Made by a program: the position numbers and the translations under genes | DNA from: Vicugna vicugna | Lineage: Eukaryota | Direction: 5' to 3' | Length of the DNA: 64,000 nucleotides | Assembly: GCA_013265495.1 (NCBI GenBank) | Contig: MU058384.1 | Location: forward strand, 3,509,010-3,573,009 | Part shown: one piece after another, positions 49,331-62,631 of the stretch | Numbering within the stretch: position 1 is the stretch's first letter | How the letters are laid out: every line of letters begins with the position of its first letter | The notes under the pieces: model-generated | Database searches by the model: none | What the model was told of the DNA's origin: nothing | Seen by the model: the letters and a program-made list of their open reading frames with translations, nothing else

Positions 49331-52300
49331 TCTCTATCCATCAGCAGGATTTATCGATAAACCACTGAGTAAAATACATATTGGCTGGTTATAGGATTAG
49401 GAGTCCTGAGACAGAGAAGATTCATAGAGATGGCAGTTTACCAAAACTTCACCCGGATTTGTTCCCCTCTCTCCATTTTTCTCATCTTTCAGACCAATCA
49501 CCTTCTTCCCAGCCTTCCTTCATCAGTAATCAGATGAGCTTTGATAAGACCACATTCTCCATGTTCCTTCCAGCTGGTTTTAGCCCCTGACTGGTGCTTA
49601 AATACCACCAACGGGGAGAAAATGTCTGTCCATAGTCGGCTAGGTGTGGCAAGAAGGACCCTGAGGGCTGACTTCCATGTCTGCAGGGAAGATGGGCTGC
49701 CTCCTCATTTAGGACCGTGGCCATATGATTGGTGTCATGCGTTCTCCACCCAGAACCCTACCTAGGAATCTGCATGCTGGATGGGGGCTCTGGGGTGCAG
49801 AGTCAGATTCCTAGGTTGGTCCCTCCGGACTCTAAGCCCCATGTGCCTGTCTCCATAAGGGTCAGCAACACCAGCTTCTCCCCTCACAAGTCTGCCCCCC
49901 TCTCCTCCTCAGTGTCCCTGTACCCAACGTACAGGAAGCAGGGGCGACTACATATATCTAGTCTAGTGATAATCCCTGATGCTGATTTCAGGAAGTTTGT
50001 CAACCTTAAAATAACCCATTTTCCCCATCACTAGCTCACAAGTTCTGTTAACTGAAGGAAAAGGTGCAAAAAAGGAGATATTAATTAATCAGTAGCAGAA
50101 AAGTGCTATATGAGGCTGATTTCCCAGCACATCCTGATATTTACCTAAGTACTTTTCCCAGGCAGCAACAAAAAGAACTGCTGCTAGCCTACGGAGACAA
50201 AGGGACTCAGGCGTCCTAGTTAAAAGATGAGAAGGAGAAATCATATAAAGAGGGGGAGGGGTGGAAATACAAACCAGAAGGAATATACCAAACATTCACT
50301 GCATGATCTGGAGCAGAGGCGAGAACCACCTGCACGTTGTCAACCTGTAATTTATGAGGAGAAGGATTTGCAGACCGACCAGTTACCAAGTGGAGTGCTC
50401 AGCCACAGGCAAGGTGCCGGCTTGTGTCATGGGAGGTCATCCAGGCAGTGGGGCCCCTGCCTGAGAGCACTGTTGTGGTTCCTCCGGGGCGATGGTGGAC
50501 AAGAAGCCGTCTGAAATACCTAGAATGAGATCTGGAAAGAGCCCTGCCAAATTGTGACTTTGGTGAGCTTTCGGGGTGGGGCTGGGGAGAACAGGCAAAG
50601 AGAGGGGTGATTCTTGGAAATATTCAACTGTAATATCTTTTTTATTTTTTGCAAAGAGAATGTATCATTTATCACATGTATAATTTTGAACACAGATTCA
50701 GATAGGTTGCAAAAATCCAGTAGAAGGAGCACAAGCGTAGGTTGCAAACTGGGTTTAGATGCAGTTCTGTCTTTTCTTCTTAGTGTCTAGCTTCAGGCCA
50801 GTCACTAAAACCCTTGAGCCTCGGTTCCCTTCTCTGTAAAACTGAGGCTTCAATACCTAATTCATGTGGTTGCCATGTTGATTGAGGCTGTAATAGGAAG
50901 TACTTGAAATTCAGTTGGTCCTAAGTAAATAATTAAGAAAAGAGAGCAATTATTGCCCAGACCAGAGGCAAGGCCGGCTTCTGAGGATAGTGGCAAAGAA
51001 AATGAAAAAGAAGGGAAAGATGAGAGAGAGATTTCAGAGACATGACAGAGAATAAGATGATTTGCCAACAAAACTAAGGCTTTGGACCAGAAGCCTGCTT
51101 CCCGGCACCCCCTCCCCACCCCTGGCTGTCCTCTGGTTCTGCTTTTCCTCTTTCAGGCTGCCGGACGGTTGCTGTTGTGGGAGAATATGAAGTGGGAAGA
51201 GAGAAAAGAATGGAACAGGGTGAATTTATGGCTAGTTTTGGCTATTTACTCTAACCACACTGAATAGAGTTGTAACATTTCATGTTGTGTGCACATATTA
51301 CAGTATACCATGGTCTCTTAGTTAAGCAATCTTAAATAAATCTTTAAGATTTTTCTGGGGGAGGGCATATGGTATTAGAAAAGGAATGTGGATCTGAGAA
51401 CCTAGGAACCAAGGATGTAGCCTTAGCTTTTCTGAGTTAAGTAGGTGACACTGGGCAAGTCTTTCCTCCCTCTTAGCTTTGGCTTGCTCACTTGTGAAAC
51501 AATGAGAAGATAGTCACAGCCTCTGCCGTCCCTCAGATTCTATGTCTTGGAATATATGTCAGCTCTATTAAAAATCATAGAGGTTGGCAGGGTTTTGCTT
51601 GCATTAGTGCTATGGCCCAATATTTCAAGTCCTGTTGTTTTGTTTTGTTTTGTTTTCTAACAGTTGAACAGAAGAAAGCTCTCAATTAGAATGCTCTTTT
51701 GATAGGAAAATATGATCCATTTAACCATAAAGCATGTCACATTATGGTTTCCAAGAGGGAATATCTGTATCAACAGAAGAGGCTGTTGAATACAGTTTTA
51801 AATGACCACATTCAGTCTTTTGGATGGATGAATGGATGAGCTGATGGACAGACAGATAACTGAATGAGCAAATGTTCTCATTGTCTAAGATTACGTATAA
51901 TTCACAGGTCAAACTGCAGAAATTAAGTGGCAGGTGTATGTCTTTCAGCAATTAGGTCTCTGGCCATTGTCCCCATTCTAATAATAGGCCTACGACGGGT
52001 CTGCAGCTTGTGTCCACGTGTGTCGCATACTCGATTTGCCAGCTTCCCAAAGGGCTTCCTGGCACTTTCATTAGACTCTGCCTTTTTTCTGATAACACAT
52101 CTGAACAGTACACTGCCCTTGCTGAGGGAAGCCAGTGACGATACTGAGGTTAGAAAAGGCAAAGTCTCTCTTTGTGGTTCCATTTCTCTGGGTCCCTTTT
52201 ACCTTAAGAATTGTGAGATTTACAGGTTGCTACTAAAGAGTCAGAGCGTGTTTTCTTTTTATCCGATTTCTCCTATAAAAATTTAAAAAATAAAAAAATT

Positions 52301-53899
52301 TTAAATTAAACAATAAATCCACAAGCACAAATACCACTCATACCTTGAGCCACTACAAAGGCAGGAAAATTTTCAGATGAAGAGCAGTGACAAATTTTCA
52401 ATGTTTCCGGGATGAAATTTTAATCTAGAAGGAGTTGTTTTTAAGTACTTTTTTATTTTGGCCAAAGGAACATGAACAAATAATAAAGCTGTTGTTTTAT
52501 TATTGACGTGTTCACAACTAATATGTGAAGCCCAACAGACAAAAGCGAATTCTAATATCCCAGGCGCCCAGACCCCAGGGCATAAGCGTCCTCACATTCT
52601 CCATTTAGTTGAAGACCTCCCCTTGCAGCAGGACCGGGTGATTGTAGCTTCCTGCAGATGCCATCTGGCTGATTAGAAGGGGTGAAGGCCTATGGTGACA
52701 AGCCCACAGGGCTCTCCTCCAACCCTTTGGGAAACAGAAGGAAGTGCTTGCGACTCTAATTAGAGACCCAGGAACCACTAATAAATTGTTCAAGCATCCC
52801 TGAAGAGAAGAGGACGCGGGGTCTGGAAGCAGTTGGTGGCTTCACGTGCCATACCGCACACTCTCTGTTAGTGCCCTCTTTTCATTTTAGAAGAGTCTCC
52901 GTGCTTTTATGTCTGTTTGTTTTAATTACAAATCTGAGTGTCCAACCACGGCCCTGTTATTAAGAACCTAAGAATTCCCGCTGTGTATCCGGCCTGTGAG
53001 CTATTCATTTGTGAGTATCTATTATGTACCAGGTGTGGAGCTAAATTCTGGGAATTCAAGATAAATAAGATAAAATCTTGCCCAGAAAGTGCTCAAAATA
53101 GTCAATTTGATACTCTCTCCTCGCTGCCTCATGTTTGTCCATTTTTCTCTTTTTTCCATTGGTTTATTTTTGAATTTTTGATCAATATAGCCCACAGACT
53201 GTAAACTCAGGCCAGACTGGTTTGGAATCCCAGCATTAGCTTTTATTAGTACGTGACTTGGACAAGTTACTGAATCTCTCTAGGACTCAGTTTCCTTATT
53301 TGCAAAGTGAGGAAGATGACAGCTCCTACTTTGTAGAGGTGCTTAGAGGATGTTCAATGAATGGGACATGTTAGTTATTATTAGTAATACATCATTTTCT
53401 CTTGTGTCATCGACAACTGTGTCATCTTGCATTTACCTCCATTAAAAAATTATACCTGAGCTCAGACAGGCGACGTTGTCCCACACGGTCAGAGGGGAGC
53501 TGAAACGCATTAATTGAAATTCTGATTGTTGTTTAATTGTAAAGAAGTTGAATGTTTCTTTACACATTTACTACTCTTTATGCATGGGGAAAGTTTTCAG
53601 AGTCCCTGGATTTGTGTTTCTTATACATATGGGGACATCCAGGCAAATTCTTTTTGTACTTTTTAGAGAAGAGTGAAAAAATGTTATATCTGTCTGTCAT
53701 TGGTCCCTCTCCTCTGAATATAAGAATAAGGCCTGTTCATTATAAAATTTTCAGTAAATGCAGCAAAGTATAGCAAAGCAAAAGAAAAAAAATCATTCAA
53801 AATCCCATTTGAAATAACTGCTGGGAACAGTATCATATATATCCCTCCATATATATTTATATACATTTATTTCATAAAATGGTAAAGATAAAAGTTAAT

Positions 53900-54160
53900 T
53901 GTTAAGAACTTATCACATGTCAGACACTATTCTAAATGCTATACATGTTCTAACTTACTTAATTAATTACTTAGTTTTCACAACCACCCCGTGAGATAGG
54001 CTACCAATAGGACGCCATTTTACAGCTCAGGAAACCAGGCCACAGAGATGTTAAGTAACTTACTCAGAGTCACACAGCTGATAAGGGGTGGAGCCAGGGA
54101 AGTGTAGAGTCATGCCAAATAGTCTGGTTTCTGTATCCATTCACTAGTCTATACTGCTTT
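53900..54160 (-). mobile_element. MIR SINE (further MIR fragments near 17490, 41990, 47290, 48580, 50740, 51370, 53200, 59330)
   Basis: ccattttacagctcaggaaaccaggccacagagatgttaagtaacttactcagagtcacacagct. Confidence 0.8.
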
Positions 54161-55572
54161 TCCAAACTACAAATGCTGTTTCTCACTTAAAAATACATTG
54201 TAAAACTCTTTGCAGTTTCTTAAAATACATCTATAATTTAATAATATAATAATCCTAGTACTATTCTATCATATATGTATCATATACATATTCATATATG
54301 TTATTCATTATATAATATTATTTATTATTTATATACTTGTAAACATATATATTAACCAACCTCCTATTGTTGAATATTTAGGCCATTTCCAGTTTTTTAC
54401 CATCATAAATAGTGACTATCATCCTTATAAATATAGATGTATGTACGGCTAATATTTTCCTCAGGATAAACACCTATAAATAAAATGCCAGATCAAAGTA
54501 TTGACTTTTTAACTTTTAATGGTTGACACTAAGTTACTCCCCCAGGAGGCCTCTAGCCCACAGGATGTGAGAGCCACTGTTTCCTCCAAACTTTTGTCAG
54601 CACTGATAACATTTGTCTCAGGCTGAGAAGTGAAAATGTCATAGTTTTACAAATTTCTATTTCTTTGATTAATAGTTGAATATTCCTCTATTAGCTGATT
54701 ACCATCTTAATTGGGAATTACTTAATTCTCAATTTTGGGAGGAGAATTGCCTCTTCCCACTTTCTTCTAATGGAGTTTTTTTGAATTCTTCTTATTGATT
54801 ATAATTCATATTTGTGTATTTTTTATTAACATTTTGTCTGATGTTAGATATTGAAATATTTTCCTTAATATTGAATGAGCTTTTTAAAGGGAGAGTTTTT
54901 TGCCCCATAAAAATTCCCTGTGTGTATTTATTTATAGATGGCCTTCTCAACACCATGATTATAAATAAATTCACTTACAGTTTCTACTACTGCTCTTAAG
55001 AAGTCGCCTTTTAAAAATTAAGATTGCCATGCCTCCACTGCAGGAGTGGATATAATGGCTGATATTAATAAAGGAAAGAAGGTATCCTTTAGCCAAACCG
55101 GATAAAAATACTACTAAGTTGAAGACCCCGGTTTTATAATAATTTTAAAGATAGAAGAGAAGCAAAATATCAGGCTGACAGAGAAATTACTTCAGAGATG
55201 AAAATCCGAGGCTCCGAGTAACTGAGTGATTAGCTAGTGTCTCAGTATTATTAACTGATGGAACTAATTTGAACTGCGACCACGAGGCTTCAAAGCCTGA
55301 GCTCTACATCATTTAACTTGTCGGTAAAACTAAGTCCACTTCTCCCATCCCGAACCCCCACGGTTCTTGTCATCACTCAGTTTACCGCTTTGGCTTAGCA
55401 TCTACATGAATTCTTCACTGTCCTTTTACTCTGGCCAGAGAAACTTTGAGTTCACCTGTGGACGCCAGCCTCCTGAGTGACTGTTCTGGTTGTCGGCTAG
55501 ATTGTTCTACTTTGGGATTTTTGGTGAACTTTGGTGGTGCCGACCCACCACCCTGATCTCAATGCCCTGGTT

Positions 55573-56125
55573 CAGGGCCAGCTACCTAATTTGCGGGACC
55601 TGTGCAAAATTAAAATGCGGAGACCCTCGACTGGAAAAAGAAAAGGTGGGGGCAGGAAGCTTTTTCCTTTTCCCCCGCAGTTTCTCTCATGCCTTTACGT
55701 GTTTTATTTGCTATTTCTTGCCACACTTCCGTGGACACAGATACGGATACTGTCAGGAAGAGAACAGACCCTCTAAAACTTTCGGGACCCTGCCCTGAGA
55801 CTCAGTGAACAGAGCATGCGCGCGCCCCCGCCCTCCCGACCCCTTTGCCCCGCCCCGCCGCGGAGAAGGGCGGCTGCGGTGGGTGCGCGGGACCCCGGGG
55901 AGCCCGCTGCCCCGAGCACGGGGAAGCAGAAGAGCGGCCGGAGGCTGCAGGATCTCGGCCCATACCTCATTGTTCTATCGGACTACATACACTTAAATAG
56001 GACCCAATTCAAAGATAATTCAGAATGGCAAGACGGGGACAGCGGAAATGGGGAGTGGGGGGCCCCCTTTTGGGCGCCGGACCCTGTGTGACAGCACTGG
56101 TCGCTCGCCCACGTGGACAGCCCTG
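55573..56125 (-). mobile_element. MER45-like hAT-Tip100 DNA transposon relic
   Basis: TIRs cagggc...gccctg; the minus strand starts cagggctgtccacgtgggcgagcgaccagtgctgtcacacaggg, matching the MER45 terminus as recalled; flanking 8-mers ccctggtt / agctggct (5/8). Confidence 0.6.
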
Positions 56126-56340
56126 AGCTGGCTCCTCTTTCTCGAGTGGAGCACCGCCTTCTTCCCCCAGCACGGGTCTGCCTGCTGTATGCCACGTTTA
56201 TCCTTTTTCCTCCTCTCCCCACCACCCCAGCCCACACCACTAGGCTGGTTGAGATAAGCACCAGCAGCCCCAGGGAAAGCCAGGACGCCCTTCCTTCTGT
56301 GTGAGGTCGGCGAGAGCACCGGAAGTGCATTCCGCTCAGT
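55800..56340. promoter_or_regulatory. Small orphan CpG island with promoter-type motifs
   Basis: Dense CpG at 55815-55960; GC boxes (ccccgccc, ccccgccccgcc), NRF1-like gcatgcgcgcgc, ETS motif ccggaagtg at ~56319. Confidence 0.6.
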
Positions 56341-59101
56341 TACCAGGAGAAATTCTCTAGGACTGCTTTTGGTACTATTCCTAGAACCTATTAGTCAGAC
56401 CTTTCATTTAGATGCAAGTTGAGGATGCGAAAACAAGTAACTATGGTACTGTATTTTAACAGCTTAAACAGCTCCGTTTGTTTAACTTAAACAGATGAAT
56501 AGCTTTCCAGAAATACACAGAAGAGCGCGGCAGGCTTGATGAATGCAAAACTGACAGCTGCAAAGTCACAAAGGAAGTACCATTCAGGTGGCATTTGCTA
56601 ATGAGTTGTATTTGGGGAGAGAAAGAAAAAGGTTTTAAAGTAATGAAAGTTAAATGCAAAATACAGACCTCCTCTACTATATTTTATGAATTAGCAGTTT
56701 GGAATGTAATCTAGTTGGCATCAGCAAGGAGCAGGCTATATAGCATTTAATAAGGGAAGGCTCGGTCTCAGAAGTCTTACTTTGACTCCCTGAAATAGGA
56801 AACCTATACAAGGGACACTTTTTAATTGTGCGGCTATAATATTTGCTTATTTCTTTTATAAATATATATTAATGATGAGATAACAGTCATATTCAGAAAG
56901 CAGAATTTCTACAAACAGGCAGGTGAATTTTGCAATTCCAGCAAACAGAATTAAAAGTAGTGCTAAAAAATATGAAACAAATTTTCAAATAATTTCTTCA
57001 ATTTTAAAGTTATATATTAAAAATAAGTTCACAAAAGAATTTCATGAACTTTGAATTCAAGCAGATTTTAAAAATTAATTTTCTCATTTCTTTTCATCTG
57101 CTCATTCAAAGATCATTTTTAAAATATGCAGAACTGCTTTTCCACCTTAAGAGCCTAATCTTAACGAAAGTGATGTTTGGATTATGTTCACAACAGTGTA
57201 AGCCTCATAGCAAACGTTTCTTTAAATATATACAGGCCTGTCAATTTGCAGATGAATAGACTGATCAGAGAAATGGCCTATTCCTGAATGATGCTGAAAA
57301 GATTCATGTGTATTACACACTAAATAAAGATTACACCCCAAATAAAGACCCTTAGCAGTTCTGAAAGTGCCAAGAGAGGGTATACTCTGGTTGAAAGATA
57401 ATTCAACTGCATTATTCCAGCTCTAAGGATGTTTTAATTTAATTTGAGAGGCGTGAGCAACATTTGCTGTTAAAACGGTGCTAATGACGCAAACCAGGGA
57501 CACATAATCATCCCACCCAGTCTTTATCTTAAGTCCTCTCTCCTTCTTTCAAAGTGTACCCTTTCTATATTCTGATCTTGACAGGTTCTGTAAACCTCTC
57601 ATTCTAATATTAATTCCTTTCTTGATTGAAACCCTGAATAAAAATCAGCTCATCCAACACACACAAGACAAAAACACTAGGTTCTAAATCTTGTGCTGGT
57701 GAGGGTAAGTCAGTGCCCAGTATATGACCCAGAGGGGCCAGTCACAGACAAAGAGGAATGAACTCTCTTGTACCCTTTCAGTTCTCCCCGATTTTCCCAC
57801 TGAACTGGTGCTGCCTTCCTCCTCTCCTCTGCCCTCTTTACATTCCCCTTTCACCCTTGTCCATCCTATCTTTCGAAAGAGTTCTTATCAACTCTCGTTA
57901 ATGTCCGTCATGCCCTATCCCAGGGGTCCTCAAAATGGGCACAGATGGTGTTATGGGAATCAGTTCCCAGATCCTCAGCATCCACGTGGGCTTTTTTATG
58001 AAAGCCATTCTCCCTGAGAAAGAGCCTATGGTCAAGGTGTCCTTCTGGTTCTCTGCTTCTGCTCCCAAACCTTTCACCTAAAAAAATAAATAAAAGAAGT
58101 TATACCTCTCACCTTTCAGGACTCAACTCAGGGTATTACCAGAGGGCTTAAAACTCTCTGAGGCACCCAAGATAAAATCAATTTAAAGCAGCAGAGTTGG
58201 TGTTGCAGCTCTGGTGACTGGCCAACAAATTTTTTGCTACTGATTCTTTTGAAAAAAGAGCTGATAAATCATTAAAGATAATTCCCATGATAGATCACTT
58301 TGTGATTTTTTTAGGATACACCTTGGAGAAGTGAGTAGCTTTCCTAACAGCAAAACTCTTCCCATTACCACCTGCTCATTCAGTGAACAACGTTTCTCAC
58401 ACATCTATAAAATGGCATAATGAGAATTGGAGCTGAACCCTGTCTTTTTCTGACCGTAAGTAATATTCATCCATGAATTCATGAAATAACTTTTTAAACA
58501 CCCCATCTATCTCATTAAGAGATGCAGTTCTAATAGAATTTTGCTTTTGTATTTAGTAACAATCAACATTTGTAATATGATGATGTTGAGAACCCACTGA
58601 GTCCTGATAATAACTGAAATGATAACTCAATTCTAAAAGAAAATCCTTACACTTAGGAGCCTGTGGTCAAAAATTAATTTCAATTTACATATATGTTTTT
58701 GTGTGAGAAAAATATTTAAGACTTTCAAGCATAGAAAACACTAGGATCAAATTTCCATCAGGCAATGGAATAGAAATACAACTTCAAAGGGTTCAGGAAA
58801 AAAGAGGATGATCTCAAATTTTCCCTTGTGTCTGCTCATGTCTTTCTTATCACAGTGAGATTTAGGCTTTGTTGAATACATTAAAAATTATGTATCAATT
58901 TTATTTTAAATAAAAATGGAAATTAAATCCTTTGCAACTACGTAAACTTCAGGTGAAAATTTTTAGATATCAACTAAACAGGTGCAAAGAATACAGAGCT
59001 TTTGAAAATTCCCTTTGGGGATATGTAAGCAAAAAAATGTGAAGACCTTATTCCAACACCTCTTCCCTCCCCAGCATTACCATCCAGAATGTTTTGCTGC
59101 A

Positions 59102-59137
59102 GGGGGTGGAGCTCAGGGGTAGAGCATTGACTGCAGA
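59102..59137 (+). pseudogene. Tailless retropseudogene of a tRNA-Cys(GCA) 5' half
   Basis: gggggtggagctcaggggtagagcattgactgcaga versus mammalian tRNA-Cys GGGGGTATAGCTCAGGGGTAGAGCATTTGACTGCAGA; stops at the anticodon loop; flanked by a degenerate direct repeat. Confidence 0.7.
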
Positions 59138-60041
59138 AGGTTCTGCTTTCAGCTATGGTGCCAAGATCAAGATGAGTGCTTTGGAGGAAGGAAGACCGAA
59201 GCACCATTACTGGGACCAAGGTCATGCAGCTGAGATGCGAAACCTGAGACATTCCCGACCTGTATTCATTCACACCTGAGAGTTTGCCTCCTTAAAGTTT
59301 GCATTCTCATGCCTCACCCCAGTCCTTTCCAATTATTACTGGGTAATCACACTAAGTTATTTTGTTTCTCTGAGCCTCAGTGTTCCTAGTAATAAACAGA
59401 GAAAATAATACCGCTTTACACAGTTGAGTGAGAACATTAAAGACCATGCAGAGCATTTAGCAAAGTGCCCGTCTGTGGTCACCAATCAATACAGAGCAGC
59501 AGTTTTCTGACCCTGAGGAGAGTATCTGATAAACCAATTCAAAATGAGGCGATAGTCACTGAAAGACTTAAAGGACTATCATTCCCAGAAGGTTTGATTT
59601 TAGAAGGCCTTTGGAGAGGCGATATTTTCACACACGTGCATGTGTGCACCGTTGCAGCGCACACACATATGCACACAGAGCCAGGGGGTTGATAGGTGGA
59701 GGCTCCCCCTTTCCTCCTGTCTGTCCTCTCCCGCTGCCCTCTGGCCTCTGCTTTCAGTGAGACATGTCCTGTCGGTGCTCAAAAATGTCCCTGTCTTTCA
59801 AAACAAACCTGAAAAGTGCAGGGAACTTGCCTTCTCTTTGCAAGAAGCATAGATATAAGCCCTTAGTCGACACAATACTTTAAATATAATACAATATAAC
59901 CTAATAGCATGGTCTCTAAAAAGGCATTATTGGTGGAAATACTAAAATGTGCAGGTAGGGTGGCTTCCACGTCGGTGAGATGGATGACTCTGTGAGAAGC
60001 CTAGTGAAATGAAGATTTGGTGGGTCTCCCTCTCCTTCCCT

Positions 60042-60409
60042 GTCCATCTTAGTCCATTTGGGCTGCAGCAACAAAAACACTACAGACTGAGTGGCTTATA
60101 AACAACTGAAATTTATTTCCCACAGTTCTGGAGGCTGGGAAATCCAAGACCAAGTTACCAGCAGATTTGGTATCTGATGAGGGCTCACTTCGTGATTCAC
60201 AGACAGCTGTCTCCTCACTGTCACCTCACATGCTGGAAGGGACAAGGAAGCTCTCTGGGGTCTTTTTCATGAGGGCACGAATCCCATTCATGAGGGCTCC
60301 ACCCTCATGATCTAAACATCTAAAGCTCTCACCTCCTAACACCATCCCATTGGGCATTAGGTTTCAACATAAAAATTCCGGGGGGAACTCAAAGATTCAG
60401 ACCATAGCA
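60042..60409 (-). mobile_element. MLT1A-like MaLR solo LTR
   Basis: tcttagtccatttgggctgc...gtggcttataaacaac...cacagttctggaggctgggaaatccaag...ttcagaccatagca. Confidence 0.85.
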
Positions 60410-61019
60410 CTGCCCACCGTTAGGGTCTGCCTGCAGGACTGGGTTCCACCCTCAAGCATCTCATTACTGACGCTGAGCGTGGAGTGCACAGGGCACCGTT
60501 CTATGCAGGGTGCAGAGATGAGTAGATGCAACACTCACCTTCAATTCGCTTTAAATTGAAAGAGTATGTTTGATTTCTCCTCTTTGCTCCTATTTTCTCT
60601 TTTCTAGCCTTACGACACCTAAGCTAGTATTTTTGTTTGTTTGTTAATATATTGAGTCATGCCCAGAGTCAGAGACACTAAATGTTCACTTAACCCTGTT
60701 ATGTAAGATAGTTTTATTCACTCAAATATTTATTCATCAATAAGTGTTTTGGAGTGCCAGGCAACTGTGTGGGCGCAGAGGCTACAGCAGAAACGAAATT
60801 AAATAAAACTCCCTGTTTGAAAGATTTTTTTGAGAAAGGAAGGGGAAATATTTCTCTTAATAAATTAAAAACCAAATCCTCAAGGCTTAGACAGCCATGA
60901 CATCCCAGCCTGTCTCCCGAGCCTCCTGCTCCTTCTGTATCTCTTACTTATGTTACTTCTACCACCACCCTGGCCCTCAGGGATGGGTCGTCCTCCTTTA
61001 CCTGTCCACAGCACACTAA

Positions 61020-61220
61020 AGTGAGCCAAGGACAGCCTGCTCTCTGTTCTTGTAAATAAAGTTTTATTGCAACCCAGTCACACTCATTCATTTATGTGTT
61101 GCCTGTGGTTGCTTTCACAGTACAACAGCAGAACTGAGTAGTCGTGACGGTGACCATATGGCCCACAAAGCCTAAAATATTTACTGTCTGATCCTCTAGG
61201 GAAAAAAAACCAACTCCTGG
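61020..61220. mobile_element. MER58A-like MITE
   Basis: tgtaaataaagttttattg...cactcattcatttatgtgttgcctgtgg...accatatggcccacaaagcctaaaatatttactgtctg. Confidence 0.8.
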
Positions 61221-62504
61221 TCTGGAAGCATAACCCAAGGCTATACCTTTTCCCTTAGCATATCTGAAAAAACCTCAAACTTTCAGAAAGATTGTACTAA
61301 ATATTTTCAGAAAATAAAATGGCAATGAATACAGAGAATAAAATAAGCACATGGACATTCTGACGCTGGGCTTTGGTATCTGATCCTGTCATAGTTGACT
61401 CTTGTGCCTAGTCTCTACCATCTAATCCAGCCCCAAAGGCAAACTCAGAACTGCATACTCCTGGTCTCTTCTGCTCCCAGCCTAGTCCTTTGTAGAGATC
61501 ACCATCTTATGATCCAACATTTGGGAGCATCTTCCTGGACCTCTTGAGATCCTCTGGTCAAAATCAGACACCCATCCTGCAGCCCTCCGGGAACTCCTTT
61601 CTCTCAACTTTCCATAAGCATCCAATTGCCACAGAACTTCTCCAATGACTGACCCAGTCAATGACCTCATCCTTCAGAAAAGGATGCTGTCTAGACTACA
61701 AAACCAACAGTATAAAAGCTCATGGTAAATACAATATCCCAATGAAAGTGTCACTCACCTTCACTGATAGAGAATGAGGATCAACAGAGATGGTTCTATC
61801 TGTTTCTCAACCCCCTACTTAAGAAACCTGACCTCCTAGAGAATATATAAATTACTGGAGAAAGTCAAACCTACTGATGGACCATAATCTGAGAAGGACA
61901 TGAAAAAGTCTATAAATAGGCAGAGGTATAAATACAGTTGCTGAGGGCTACAGAACAAAGCTTGATTAGAGGGGTTGGAGGAAGAGGCAAGGGAGGGCTG
62001 TCTGGAGGAGTGGAACTTGGATAAATGAGGGATGAGAACTGACAAGGAACATCTGTGTTACCACGAGACCCTCTGCTGCACGTTGCCCCCTCCCGGTTTC
62101 TCCTCTGCAGTGTTTCCCCACCTGGTAAATTATCTCAAGAGCAGCAGCCTGAGCAGCAGGTGACTGGGGGCCTGGTCACAGCAGCTGAGGCATTAATGGC
62201 TGTGTTTACTCAAAACAAAACAAAAAAGAAAGAATTGGAAGGGGTCTTAACTCTGTAAAGACAAGTAGGCTTTTGGCCATCAGTAGTGAAGCACGTTTTG
62301 CTCAAATAATCACCCTTTTATTCCTATTTTATTAGTAGAACACCCACTGAAAATGGAGGAAGTCTGTGACTAATAACTCTAAAAGGCTTTCTCTCACCTA
62401 AGCAAAATGAATTTTTATAGTTATTAGACAGCTGCTTACAGACACTGATTTCCACAAATGATACCAGATGTCCTCAGTATTGCATCTCCTTCTATCGAAT
62501 AACT

Positions 62505-62631
62505 GTGGGGTTTTTTGTTGTTAGTTTAGTTTAGTTTTGTTTTGTTTTGTTTTGTTTGGAGGTACTAGGGATTGAACCAGGACCTCGTGCATGCTAAGTA
62601 TAGGACTCTGCCACTGAGATATACCCTCCCC
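62505..62631 (-). mobile_element. tRNA-Ala-derived SINE (Vic-1-like) with (GTTTT)n tail
   Basis: ggaggtactagggattgaaccaggacctcgtgcatgctaag...ccactgagatataccctcccc. Confidence 0.85.

Noticed and set aside
55490..56330. First coding exon of a neighbouring gene at the CpG island
   Set aside because: ORFs are open in several frames because of GC richness; none resembles a known protein, including SLC35D3, the neighbour I recall on this side in human.
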